DNA of 32,000 nt from Flavobacteriaceae bacterium (GTDB taxonomy: Bacteria; Bacteroidota; Bacteroidia; Flavobacteriales; Flavobacteriaceae). Positions 1 to 9,072 of the stretch are shown piece after piece. The stretch is from positions 3,240,001 through 3,272,000 of the forward strand of contig OZ245049.1 of the NCBI GenBank assembly GCA_965224465.1, written 5' to 3'. Position 1 is the stretch's first letter. Every line of letters begins with the position of its first letter. The notes below the pieces were generated by a model that did no database searches, was not told where the DNA came from, and saw nothing but the letters and a program-made list of their open reading frames with translations. The position numbers were made by a program, and so were the translations under genes.

Positions 1-275
1 GCTACCCGCAAACCTGCTTTTACTAGTTTTGGTAAGTAGGTATTTAAGGAATGATGCGGAAAGCCAGCCAAGGCAGTTTCACTTTCACTACCAGCGCCTC
101 TTTTTGTGAGGATTATTCCTAAAATTTTTGATGCTTTTTTTGCGTCTTCACCAAAAGTTTCATAAAAATCTCCAACTCTAAATAATAGCATTGCATCGGG
201 GTATTTAACCTTAATGCTGTTGTATTGTTTCATTAAAGGGGTCACTTTTTTAACTTTTTCCTTAGATTTTGCCAA
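1..275 (-). CDS. mutS: DNA mismatch repair protein MutS, N-terminal fragment (gene runs off the left edge of the window)
   Basis: Reverse-strand translation reads (L/M)AKSKEKVKKVTPLMKQYNSIKVKYPDAMLLFRVGDFYETFGEDAKKASKILGIILTKRGAGSESETALAGFPHHSLNTYLPKLVKAGLRVA. This is the canonical MutS domain I N-terminus (TPLMxQY, GDFYE, AGxP). An in-frame TAA lies directly upstream of the TTG at 275; an alternative ATG start is at 233. It is absent from the ORF track because the window edge truncates it. Confidence 0.85.
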   Translation of the reverse strand, partial: MAKSKEKVKKVTPLMKQYNSIKVKYPDAMLLFRVGDFYETFGEDAKKASKILGIILTKRGAGSESETALAGFPHHSLNTYLPKLVKAGLRV

Positions 276-429
276 TTTTTAAGCTTTTAAATTACGAGGC
301 AAAGTTATGCATTTGGAACAAGGCACACAAGCAGGGAAGTTGATGTTCTCAGATTTGTAGTTTGTCTTAATTTAGACAGCTTAATGAGTACAAAATTATA
401 CCTTTGTAAAAGTTTTAAAAACGGATAGG

Positions 430-960
430 ATGAGGAAGTTAAAAAACAGTGAATTGGGAAGGTTGGATGTGGACGAATTTAAACATTCAGAAAAAGTACC
501 TTTAATTGTTGTTTTAGATAATATTAGAAGCCTAAACAATGTAGGTTCTGTTTTTAGAACAAGTGATGCCTTTTTAATAAAAAAAATCTACTTATGTGGA
601 ATTACTGCAACGCCACCAAATAAAGAAATTCATAAAACTGCACTGGGAGCTACCGAGTCTGTAGATTGGGAGTATAGAGAAAGCACGGTTGAATTACTAC
701 ACGAATTGAAATCGAATGATGTGAAAATTGCGTCCATTGAACAAGCCGAAAACAGTGTGAGTTTACAGGATTTTGAGCTGGATTCTAAAGACACCTATGC
801 TATTGTGTTTGGCAATGAAGTAAAAGGAGTACAACAGGAAGTAGTTTCTATGTCAGACTATTGTATTGAAATACCACAATTCGGAACAAAGCATTCCTTA
901 AATATATCGGTGTGTTGTGGACTTGTACTTTGGGACTTATTCAAAAAAATAAGATTTTAA
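430..960 (+). CDS. TrmH/SpoU-family RNA 2'-O-methyltransferase
   Basis: 176-aa ORF with SpoU methylase motifs: LIVVLDNIRSLNNVGSVFRTSDAF, AIVFGNEVKGV and IPQFGTKHSLNISVCCGLVLWDL (trefoil-knot SAM site). Confidence 0.85.
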   Translation: MRKLKNSELGRLDVDEFKHSEKVPLIVVLDNIRSLNNVGSVFRTSDAFLIKKIYLCGITATPPNKEIHKTALGATESVDWEYRESTVELLHELKSNDVKIASIEQAENSVSLQDFELDSKDTYAIVFGNEVKGVQQEVVSMSDYCIEIPQFGTKHSLNISVCCGLVLWDLFKKIRF

Positions 961-1045
961 CGAAAATTGCGGATTTAGGTAAAATAAAATGTGTATTTTC
1001 ACATTTAAATTGCAAACTTTACCCAAAAAGACAATGTAATTAATT

Positions 1046-1075
1046 CACAAACGAATAAAAATTTGTGTCTTTTTT
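1046..1075 (+). terminator. weak rho-independent terminator candidate after the methyltransferase gene
   Basis: CACAAA (1046-1051) pairs with TTTGTG (1062-1067), followed by TCTTTTTT. The stem is short and AT-rich. Confidence 0.3.
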
Positions 1076-1130
1076 ACGATATAAAACACGACTGTTGTTG
1101 TTGTGGAACTATAAGTATATCAAATTTTAA

Positions 1131-3086
1131 TTGATAATCTCAAAAATAAATGATATGTTGAGAGGTATTATTGTACTGATATTTGTACAGTTTTATTGTT
1201 CCATAAGTGCTTGTAATAAGTTGTTTGTAAAAAAAACAGACAGCGTTTTGTATTGTGATTCTAAATCTAAAAAACTAGAATTCTCACAAAATAAACAATT
1301 GTTCTTTGTTAAAAAGCCTTATGATTTTGCGATTGAGGAACGTGAAACTCCGAGGGTATTAAAAACTGAATTAAATGTTAGTGACATTTATTTTCGGGGT
1401 CTTGATACGTTCCAAACTACCAAGCATCATTTGTTAGATCTGCACAGAAAGGGTTCTAAAAATAAGGATACAGTTTTTGAGATTCGCAGACTGTATAAAA
1501 TTGGCGATTATTATAGGTTTAGGAATTTTGGAGATAGTGCTTATACGTATTTTAGAGAAGGAAAAACAAAGAGCTTGAATTTAGATGATAAATTCTATGC
1601 GCAACTTGGTCTTTCTAAAATTGCGGAACTTCTTTTTGAATATGAGGATTACAAAGAGGCAGAAAATAACATTATCAAAGCAATAGCTATTTCAAGAGAG
1701 AATGATTCGTTGACAACAAAATTGTATTTTTTACAGGCAGCTGTTTATAGTGAAATGTCTGACTATGATGCCGCTTTAAATATCCTTGATCTAGTTCTCT
1801 TTAATGCAAATGAGCGTACGGATCTTTTTCTGAAAAGTGAAGTGCTTTTAAGGGAAGGAGCTATTTATCTGAAAAAAGGGGATCATAAAACGGCTTTACA
1901 GGTTTTTAACCAGGGACTTGCTTTAAAGAAGCAAGAAAACGTTCAGGATAAAACGTATGTGAAATTGATGGTAAATAGGGCGTTTTTAATGTCTAGTAAA
2001 GGTTTATCTCAAGTAGGATTACTTGAGTATGAGCTAGGCTTATCCATTGCTAAAGAAAAAGGGTACACTCAGTTGTTTTCCTTTGTTTACTTGAAAATGG
2101 CAAGACGTTTTAAGGAACTTAATAAATTGAAGGAGGCATTTAAATTCGGGAAATTAGCAATAGAATCCTCCGAAAAACAGGGGCAAGCTCCTGAATTATT
2201 AGCGGCTATTTTGTTTACGGCATCGTTGGATAAACAAGAGGTATTGAAGTACACTGCTTTGTATTTAAAACAGCTAGATAGTATAAAGAGTTTTAAAAAA
2301 AACATGAGGACTAAAGTTGCTAAATTGAAATTTGACATCGAAGGAAAAACAAAGGAAAATCAGCTTTTAAAAAAACACAATATATTGAAAAACGAACGGT
2401 TAGAAAAAGAGCGTTTTAGAAATTTAACATCCTTGTTTATACTGTTTATTGTTCTGTTGTCTATTCTTGTAATTAGTTATGTGATTGCACAGGAACGAAA
2501 AAAATTGATGTATAAAAACAGATTGGCTAGGGTGGTGGTAAGGGTAGAAGAACGACAAGAGTTAGCTAAAAAATTACATGATGAAATAGCAGGTGATTTA
2601 AGAGTTTTATGTTTGCAGCTCGAAAAATCAGAGAATATAGAAGTAGCAAATAGGGTTGATAAAATAAAAGAAGTAATCAGAGATTTATCTCACGAATTAA
2701 CTTCAGAAAGCTTTCAAGAGGTGAGTTTTGTAGATCAGGTTGTTAATATAATTGCTGAAAATCACAGCCCTTCGCGCGTAGTTAAAGTTGTAAATATTAA
2801 AGATGTGATGTGGATAGAAATTGAGCCGTCTATTAAAAGGGTGTTGTTTTTTTCTATGAGAGAACTTATTAAAAAATGCAATTACAATTCTTTAACCTTT
2901 ACATTTTTTATAAGTAAATATGCATTAGAAACAAGAATAACAATAGATAAAGAGCATCTAAAAAATAGTTTCCAAGATAATCAATGGGAACAGATTAAAC
3001 AGCGTGTAGCAGAAATTAATGGAGATTTGTTATGGCTAGAACTAGAGGAAGAATTTAGAATCACATTACCTATTTTAAACGTATGA
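1131..3086 (+). CDS. TPR-repeat membrane sensor with an intact HisKA_3-type phospho-acceptor box but a degenerate ATPase domain (pseudo-kinase paralogue)
   Basis: 651-aa ORF. The track start at 1131 is TTG; the ATG at 1155 (MLRGIIVLIFVQFYCSISAC, signal/lipobox-like) is more plausible. It has a long TPR-like region, one TM helix (LTSLFILFIVLLSILVISYVI), then EERQELAKKLHDEIAGDL (HisKA_3 H-box). The C-terminus lacks the DxGxG and GxGL ATP-binding boxes (ITIDKEHLKN instead). A 4-nt ATGA overlap joins it to the next gene. Confidence 0.7.
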   Translation: MIISKINDMLRGIIVLIFVQFYCSISACNKLFVKKTDSVLYCDSKSKKLEFSQNKQLFFVKKPYDFAIEERETPRVLKTELNVSDIYFRGLDTFQTTKHHLLDLHRKGSKNKDTVFEIRRLYKIGDYYRFRNFGDSAYTYFREGKTKSLNLDDKFYAQLGLSKIAELLFEYEDYKEAENNIIKAIAISRENDSLTTKLYFLQAAVYSEMSDYDAALNILDLVLFNANERTDLFLKSEVLLREGAIYLKKGDHKTALQVFNQGLALKKQENVQDKTYVKLMVNRAFLMSSKGLSQVGLLEYELGLSIAKEKGYTQLFSFVYLKMARRFKELNKLKEAFKFGKLAIESSEKQGQAPELLAAILFTASLDKQEVLKYTALYLKQLDSIKSFKKNMRTKVAKLKFDIEGKTKENQLLKKHNILKNERLEKERFRNLTSLFILFIVLLSILVISYVIAQERKKLMYKNRLARVVVRVEERQELAKKLHDEIAGDLRVLCLQLEKSENIEVANRVDKIKEVIRDLSHELTSESFQEVSFVDQVVNIIAENHSPSRVVKVVNIKDVMWIEIEPSIKRVLFFSMRELIKKCNYNSLTFTFFISKYALETRITIDKEHLKNSFQDNQWEQIKQRVAEINGDLLWLELEEEFRITLPILNV

Positions 3087-5086
3087 TAGTTGCTAAATAT
3101 AAAAACATACAGCTTATTTTGTTTTTGGTTTTTGGACTTGTTTTTTCGGTTTTTGGGCAGGAAAAATCGGATAAAGACGCTTTAATAGATAGCATGTATT
3201 ATTACCTTGACAGGTCTTATAAAGAAAAATATTCTTTTGATAAGAGTTTGTTTTTTTTAAATAAAGCGGTGGATGTTTCGGACTATTTAATGTTGGACAG
3301 TTTACAAATAGAATCCAGAGTTGTTTTTGCGGAGTTTTATCAATACAATAGATTATTTCCAGAGATGAAAAACAGTTTAGACGAAGTTTTTAAACTGTTT
3401 AAACCAGATACATCTAAACAATTTGTATATGCCAATATATTATTGGGAAATTATTTTGAAAGAACACAAAAATTAGACAGTGCTTATTATTCATATAATA
3501 AAGCGAAGAAGATTTCTTTGGCTTTAAAAGACTCTTTGTTAGGGGGTGATGTATCATTAAATATCGCTAGGTTTTATTGTAAAGTACGGGATTTTGTTTC
3601 CGCAGAACATGAAATAATTCAAGGCTTAAAATACTTGGAGCCAGGAGATAAGGGTCCGTGGATTATCAATTCTTTATATGTGTTGCTTGCCAGCTGTAAA
3701 TTTGAGCAGTATGATGAGGAAGAGGCGATGAATCTTTATAGGAAGTCCTACAATATTGCAGTCAAAGAGAAAGATACATTGATTATGTTAAATGCCTTAA
3801 ATAACATGTCTTATACAAGTTCTTATTGTAAAAATAAAGACTCTGTAATGCTGTATTTGGAAAAGGGATTGGCGTTTAAAGGAGTTGATGTTACGTTTCC
3901 AGAGTTTTATGGAATGATGTTAGCCAATTTGACGTATGAGAAATTTCTTGTAGGGGATACGAAAGACCTGTTGGAAAATTATCAAAAAAGTTATGAAATA
4001 GCAGAAAAAATAAGTCATTTTAGACTGCGAATAATGATTCATAACTTTAGAGGGCACTTTTACAAAAAGAAAGGTGATACAAAAAAGGCTATTCAACAGG
4101 GCTTGTTATCTTTAAAAATGTCGAGAGCTAACAGCTCTAATGATTGGTTGCTTAAAAACTTAAAATTACTGGCTGTATTGGACAAAGAAAATGCTGTTAA
4201 TTATATAAATCAGTTTAATAGCCTGTCTGATAGTTTACAAAAAAATGAATATAAATATGTAAATAGACTTGCAGGTATTGCTTACGAAACACAAAAAAAA
4301 GATAAAGAAAACAGAAATCTAAAAGAGGACAACAAGTTGAAATCTTTGGATTATGAAAGAGTAAAATATAAAAAAACGGTTATAGTCTTATTGTTGATAT
4401 TAAGTATTTTGGGCTTTGTAATTATGTATATGAGGTTTAGGAATAGAAATGCTAAGATAATTTATGAAGCAGAATTATCCAGGGCAGATGTCAAAGAAGA
4501 AGAGCGAGATAGAGTAGTAAGAAAACTCAATAAAGAGATTTCTAATGAATTATTTGAAATAGAGGGTCTTTTAAAAAAAGCTGGAAATTTAAAATTAGCG
4601 GTTCAAACAAGAAGAGTTACGGAAATTATTGGTGAGATAGCCACGGAATTAAGTATCAAGAATTTTGATGATATTTCCTTTAATGATCAAGTGAAAGATT
4701 TAATCAAAAGTTATGAAACCGAAAATTTTAAACTATGTTTGATTGGTTTAGATAAAGTAAAATTGAAAAAGATTACAGACCTCCAAAAACAAGCCCTGTA
4801 TTTAGGGATTAGAGAGAGTATACATAATTCAGTGAAACATGCTGAGGCAACTAGGATTACAGTGAAGTTTTCTCATAAAAAAACCAAACTGAAAGTTGTA
4901 ATTACAGACAATGGTCGTGGATTTAATACCGATAGTAAACGAAACGGAATTGGTCTAAAGAATATAAAAGAAAGGATACTTAGGTTAAAAGGAACGTTTT
5001 TAATTCAAAGTAAAATAAATGAGGGGACGAGAACACAAATTAGTGTAGAATTTAAAAAAAGAGGAAAAGAACATGAAACGAATTAG
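3083..5086 (+). CDS. TPR-repeat sensor kinase paralogue with an intact HATPase_c domain but the H-box histidine replaced by Asn
   Basis: 667-aa ORF with a signal/TM N-terminus, a TPR-like region and a TM helix (TVIVLLLILSILGFVIMY). The H-box position reads EERDRVVRKLNKEISNEL (N where H is expected). The N box (RESIHNSVKHA), G1 (ITDNGRGFN) and G2 (NGIGLKNIKER) are intact. Confidence 0.75.
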   Translation: MIVAKYKNIQLILFLVFGLVFSVFGQEKSDKDALIDSMYYYLDRSYKEKYSFDKSLFFLNKAVDVSDYLMLDSLQIESRVVFAEFYQYNRLFPEMKNSLDEVFKLFKPDTSKQFVYANILLGNYFERTQKLDSAYYSYNKAKKISLALKDSLLGGDVSLNIARFYCKVRDFVSAEHEIIQGLKYLEPGDKGPWIINSLYVLLASCKFEQYDEEEAMNLYRKSYNIAVKEKDTLIMLNALNNMSYTSSYCKNKDSVMLYLEKGLAFKGVDVTFPEFYGMMLANLTYEKFLVGDTKDLLENYQKSYEIAEKISHFRLRIMIHNFRGHFYKKKGDTKKAIQQGLLSLKMSRANSSNDWLLKNLKLLAVLDKENAVNYINQFNSLSDSLQKNEYKYVNRLAGIAYETQKKDKENRNLKEDNKLKSLDYERVKYKKTVIVLLLILSILGFVIMYMRFRNRNAKIIYEAELSRADVKEEERDRVVRKLNKEISNELFEIEGLLKKAGNLKLAVQTRRVTEIIGEIATELSIKNFDDISFNDQVKDLIKSYETENFKLCLIGLDKVKLKKITDLQKQALYLGIRESIHNSVKHAEATRITVKFSHKKTKLKVVITDNGRGFNTDSKRNGIGLKNIKERILRLKGTFLIQSKINEGTRTQISVEFKKRGKEHETN

Positions 5087-5750
5087 AATAATTGCTGTAG
5101 ATGATCACAATTTTTTACTAGAAGGAATTGTAAATGCTTTAGATAAGCACGACGAAATAGAAATTGTTGTAAAGAGCAAATGTGACGAAGCGTATAAAGA
5201 GATATTGAGTGCTATTGCAAAAAAGACCCCTTTTGATATTGTATTTACAGATTTGAGTTTTGAAAACACAACAGATTCCGATGAAATTTTAGGAGGAGAG
5301 GATTTATTAAGGAAATTAAACAGTGAAAATATAGCGATTAAAAAAGGGGTAATTACAGGGCATTCTTCCATTAATAGGGTGTTTAATGTCATACATAATT
5401 TAAAACCTCAAGCCTATATTTTAAAAAGCAACTGTTCTTCTGACGAACTTTATTTTGCAGTTCGGAAAATGCTGAAAAACGAATATTTTTATACACATTC
5501 TATTCATGAGAAACTTATGAGACGTAGAATTGTAGAAATTCAAATGGACGATGTTGCTATTCAAATTTTAAAAGAATTACCAAGGCATTCAAAAATTAAA
5601 AATATGGTGGGTGTAATTAACAACTCAAAAGGTGTAGCGTTAAGTCTACGAACTATAGAAAATAAATTGAGCAATCTTCGCATAGATCTAGATGCAAATA
5701 ACAATATCGATTTATTTACCATCGCCAAAGAGTTAGGGATTGTAGATTAA
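5073..5750 (+). CDS. response regulator: REC domain plus a divergent LuxR/NarL-type HTH
   Basis: 225 aa. Receiver residues are present (AVDDH, FTDLSF phospho-Asp, VITGHS, YILKS). The C-terminus LSLRTIENKLSNLRIDLDANNNIDLFTIAKELGI resembles a LuxR-type HTH. It overlaps the upstream kinase gene by 14 nt. Confidence 0.7.
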   Translation: MKRIRIIAVDDHNFLLEGIVNALDKHDEIEIVVKSKCDEAYKEILSAIAKKTPFDIVFTDLSFENTTDSDEILGGEDLLRKLNSENIAIKKGVITGHSSINRVFNVIHNLKPQAYILKSNCSSDELYFAVRKMLKNEYFYTHSIHEKLMRRRIVEIQMDDVAIQILKELPRHSKIKNMVGVINNSKGVALSLRTIENKLSNLRIDLDANNNIDLFTIAKELGIVD

Positions 5751-6003
5751 AGGGTGTAAATGATGGTAGATGGACTGAAATACAGCAAGAGTCTTAGATT
5801 TAAATCTAATAATTACCTAGCATAGAACTTAGGTTCTTATACTTTTATCTTTAATTCTCAGTCATTTCAGAAAAGCACACGTGTAAATGTGTTTTACCGT
5901 TACTGATTTATAGGATACTATGTATATTTGTAAGGTACTTGATATATAAATTGCTAGTTTGAAGTTATTATAAGTACTAAAATTGAAATGAAAAAGGGAA
6001 AAA

Positions 6004-6033
6004 AGCTATCTTTTAAAGATGGCTTTTTTTTTT
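6004..6033 (+). terminator. rho-independent terminator
   Basis: AGCTATC (6004-6010) pairs with GATGGCT (6017-6023, one G-U pair), followed by a 10-nt T run. It lies ~250 nt downstream of the response regulator stop codon. Confidence 0.5.
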
Positions 6034-6222
6034 GTTTAAAATTCACGTAGAATCATTCCGAGGTTCCATAATTATTTGAGGGTTAAATTCATGTTATTTA
6101 ACTGATAATTATCCTTGATATGGCTAACATTAAATTAACGCTTTTATCATAAATGAATAACTTCATGGTAACCTGTTGTTTTTATTACTGCCCTTTATTT
6201 GCGGTAGAAATAATTAATAAAA

Positions 6223-9039
6223 ATGAAAAAAATAATTACAGTTATATTGATGTTTACATGTATGATTTCTTTCGCTCAGGAAAAAGGAATTATAAAAGGG
6301 ACAATCTACGACAAGGAGTTCAATAATGAGCCTTTGCCATTTGCAAATATCTATATAGAAGGGACTACCATGGGTACAACTTCAGAAATGGATGGAACGT
6401 ATGCTTTTGATATTGTTCCAGGAACCTACACTGTTGTTTTTAGTTTTTTGGGATATGATACCGAAAAAAAAGTAGGGCTTACTATTAAGAAAGGAGAAAC
6501 AATTGTTTTGAATCAAACTTTGAGTGCGAGTGCAGGCGTTGCTCTAAACGAAATATTGATTCAAGGAGCTGTAAAAAAAGAATCTGTTTCTGCATTGCTT
6601 GCCGAGCAGAAGAAAGCGGTGGCGATCAAGCAAAGTATTGGAGCGGAGGAATTGTCTCAAAAAGGAATAGGGGATGCAGCATCTGCTGTTTCTAAGATCT
6701 CAGGAATTTCGAAAGAAGGATCTTCAAATGTCTATGTGCGTGGTTTAGGAGATCGTTATTTGAATACGACCTTAAATGGTTTGTCTCTTCCTTCTAATGA
6801 TATCAACAAAAAAAATATAGATTTAAATTTATTTTCTACAGACATTATTCAGAATGTAAGTGTTAGTAAAGCCTATGCGGCTCATTTATACGGAGATTTT
6901 GCTGCGGGGAATATCAATATAAAAACAAAAGAGTACAGTGGGGATGGTATGTTAGAAATTACTGTTGGAACTGGACAGAATTCGGCGGTGAATGGAACGG
7001 ATTTTAAACAGTCCGAAGGAACAGGAAATTTTGGGTTCTACAATCGCTATAATCACAATCCGTATGCGGTAGTACTATCTCATAAAGTAGATCCTGTAAG
7101 GGGATGGAATCCTATCAATGCTTCTGCAAGCATTGTGATGGGGAAATCGTTTCGTTTTTCTGAAGAGCGTCGACTAAGTGTGTTTGCAACGGTTGCATTT
7201 GATAAAAAATATGCCTTTGTCTCGGGGACAGAAGTGGACTATACCACGGTAGAGAAAAAGAAATTTCCTCATGTAGATTCTTATGAAACATCCAATACCA
7301 CCACAGCGATGCTAAATTCCTCTTATCGTATTGATGACCGCAATAAACTGTCTTATAATGCGCTTTTCGTGAATGCAGCAAAGGATCAAGTAGGATATTA
7401 CGGAACACAAGGATTAGGGTCAAATAGAGATGCAAAACTAAATACTGATACGGGCTTTTATCAAATGAATGTGCAGTTTAACCAAGATATGATTTATGTG
7501 AATCAGCTTGTAGGAACACATAGTTCTGAAGATCAAAAATTAGCATTAGACTGGGGGGTAGGTTTCAATAAAGTGTTGTCTCGTGAGCCAGATCGCAAAC
7601 GATTTTCTCTAGAGAATTACCACTATTTTTTGGATGATGACGCAACAACCAATCCGAGTGTTTTTCAAAATAATTCTTTTGACAATCAGCGCTATTTCGA
7701 AACCATTAGAGATGCCGAGTATACCTCTCGAATTCAGTTTGCCTATACAGCATCGGATCAGTTTAAGGTATTTGTTGGGTATGATGGAAAATATAAGAAA
7801 CGTTATTTCGAAAATGTGAGATATGGTTATAAAAATGTAGCAAAAAGCATAGTGGTTGACCCTTCTAATTTTGATGCCATTTTTAATCTTCAAAACATAG
7901 CAGGCGGATTGGTGGAAACGGATGTTTTTAATCCTATTTATCCAGAAGGCGGTATTGGACCAACCAATTTTCCAGGGTTGTTAGAAAACACGTATAACGG
8001 GAAATCTACGGTTGTTGCACCGTATACATCGGCAGAAATTAAAGCAGGGAAATGGCTGTTTGTTCCAGGAGTAAGAATGGAATTGTTTGATCAAGAAATT
8101 TCTTGGGACGTAATTAATTTATTAAACAACCCTGGAGAAGCCCAAATCAAGGAAACCTTGTACTTGCCTAGTTTAAATATTAAATATAGTTTAAATAAAA
8201 ATCAAAACCTTCGTTTGGCTATGAGTTCTACTGTTTCTTTTCCTGAATTTAAAGAAATGGCTCCTTATGTATATGAAGGTGTAACAAGTAGGACAGGAGG
8301 GAATCCAGATTTATTAGGGCGTCAGGAAGGTATAAAATACACCAATGTAAAGGAGGTGTCCTATTCGGATATATTAAATATAGATCTTAAATACGAATGG
8401 TTTATTTCTTCTGATGAGTTGATTTCAATTGCAGGGTTTGCAAAGCAAATTAAAGATCCTGTCAACTTAGTTGTTGCGAATGATGCTACTGGGACACAAC
8501 GTTATTTCAGAACAGGAGAAAAGGCGAACATTATGGGAATTGAGTTAGAAGTAAAGAAGAATATCTTTAAAAACAGTCAAGGAAAAACCCTTTTAGGTGC
8601 AGGGTTTAACGTGTCTTATATGCATACAGAACAAGATTTGTATGCGACAGTGAGTGGTACTTTTAGTACAGGTTTCGATCGTGATAAAGAAGCGTTACAA
8701 GGAGCATCACCATTATTGGTCAATGCGGATATTAGTTACCATCCATCATTTGGAGATTTTGTAAGCTCGGATATTAATGTGATTGCCAGTTATTTTTCAG
8801 ATCGCATTTATGCCTTAGGGTCAGGGAGATTAGGAAATAAAATTGAAAAGGGGTTTGCCACCTTAGATTTGGTATGGAAAAATAAGTTTGGAACCCATTT
8901 CGAATTTAATATGAGTGCAAAAAATCTCTTAAACCCAGCCGTTGAGGTGGTAAGAGAATTAGCAAACGATAAAAGCGTAGCAATTAAATCATATAAATAT
9001 GGAATTGATTTTGGATTCCAACTAAAGTATAAATTTTAA
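6223..9039 (+). CDS. TonB-dependent outer-membrane receptor with an N-terminal carboxypeptidase-regulatory-like domain
   Basis: 938 aa with a signal peptide ending FAQE. CarboxypepD_reg-like segment: GIIKGTIYDKEFNNEPLPFANIYIEGTTMGTTSEMDGTYAFDIVPGTYTVVFSFLGYDT. Plug motif: VYVRGLGDRYLNTTLNGLSLPS. A long beta-barrel ends in a terminal aromatic residue (FQLKYKF). Confidence 0.9.
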   Translation: MKKIITVILMFTCMISFAQEKGIIKGTIYDKEFNNEPLPFANIYIEGTTMGTTSEMDGTYAFDIVPGTYTVVFSFLGYDTEKKVGLTIKKGETIVLNQTLSASAGVALNEILIQGAVKKESVSALLAEQKKAVAIKQSIGAEELSQKGIGDAASAVSKISGISKEGSSNVYVRGLGDRYLNTTLNGLSLPSNDINKKNIDLNLFSTDIIQNVSVSKAYAAHLYGDFAAGNINIKTKEYSGDGMLEITVGTGQNSAVNGTDFKQSEGTGNFGFYNRYNHNPYAVVLSHKVDPVRGWNPINASASIVMGKSFRFSEERRLSVFATVAFDKKYAFVSGTEVDYTTVEKKKFPHVDSYETSNTTTAMLNSSYRIDDRNKLSYNALFVNAAKDQVGYYGTQGLGSNRDAKLNTDTGFYQMNVQFNQDMIYVNQLVGTHSSEDQKLALDWGVGFNKVLSREPDRKRFSLENYHYFLDDDATTNPSVFQNNSFDNQRYFETIRDAEYTSRIQFAYTASDQFKVFVGYDGKYKKRYFENVRYGYKNVAKSIVVDPSNFDAIFNLQNIAGGLVETDVFNPIYPEGGIGPTNFPGLLENTYNGKSTVVAPYTSAEIKAGKWLFVPGVRMELFDQEISWDVINLLNNPGEAQIKETLYLPSLNIKYSLNKNQNLRLAMSSTVSFPEFKEMAPYVYEGVTSRTGGNPDLLGRQEGIKYTNVKEVSYSDILNIDLKYEWFISSDELISIAGFAKQIKDPVNLVVANDATGTQRYFRTGEKANIMGIELEVKKNIFKNSQGKTLLGAGFNVSYMHTEQDLYATVSGTFSTGFDRDKEALQGASPLLVNADISYHPSFGDFVSSDINVIASYFSDRIYALGSGRLGNKIEKGFATLDLVWKNKFGTHFEFNMSAKNLLNPAVEVVRELANDKSVAIKSYKYGIDFGFQLKYKF

Positions 9040-9072
9040 CAATTAAAAATAAAAATTGAAAAACTAATAACA

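Noticed and set aside
430-960. The methyltransferase as part of a restriction-modification or defence system.
   Set aside because: Its motifs are those of the SpoU/TrmH RNA 2'-O-methyltransferase fold. No nuclease, helicase or specificity subunit lies nearby, and it sits next to the housekeeping gene mutS.
1131-1154. TTG-initiated N-terminal extensions proposed by the ORF track at 1131, 10645 and 29349.
   Set aside because: In each case a downstream in-frame ATG (1155, 10696, 29373) begins a canonical signal peptide, while the extension adds non-signal residues. I left the track start on feature 1131 because the ATG choice is least certain there.
2087-2338. Antisense or overlapping short ORFs inside longer genes: 2087-2338, 5105-5392, 7115-7435, 7609-7893, 7634-7819, 9867-10157, 12293-12475, 15610-15822 and 24455-24664.
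   Set aside because: All are nested within much longer ORFs that have clear domain signatures. Their compositions are typical of out-of-frame translation of AT-rich coding DNA.
6190-6215. TTTATTTGC strings upstream of the receptor gene (about 6197) and the porin gene (about 29345) as Bacteroidota -7 promoter boxes (TAnnTTTG).
   Set aside because: They do not fit the consensus spacing: TA is followed directly by TTTG without the two spacer nucleotides. Such strings are expected by chance in AT-rich DNA, so no promoter was called.
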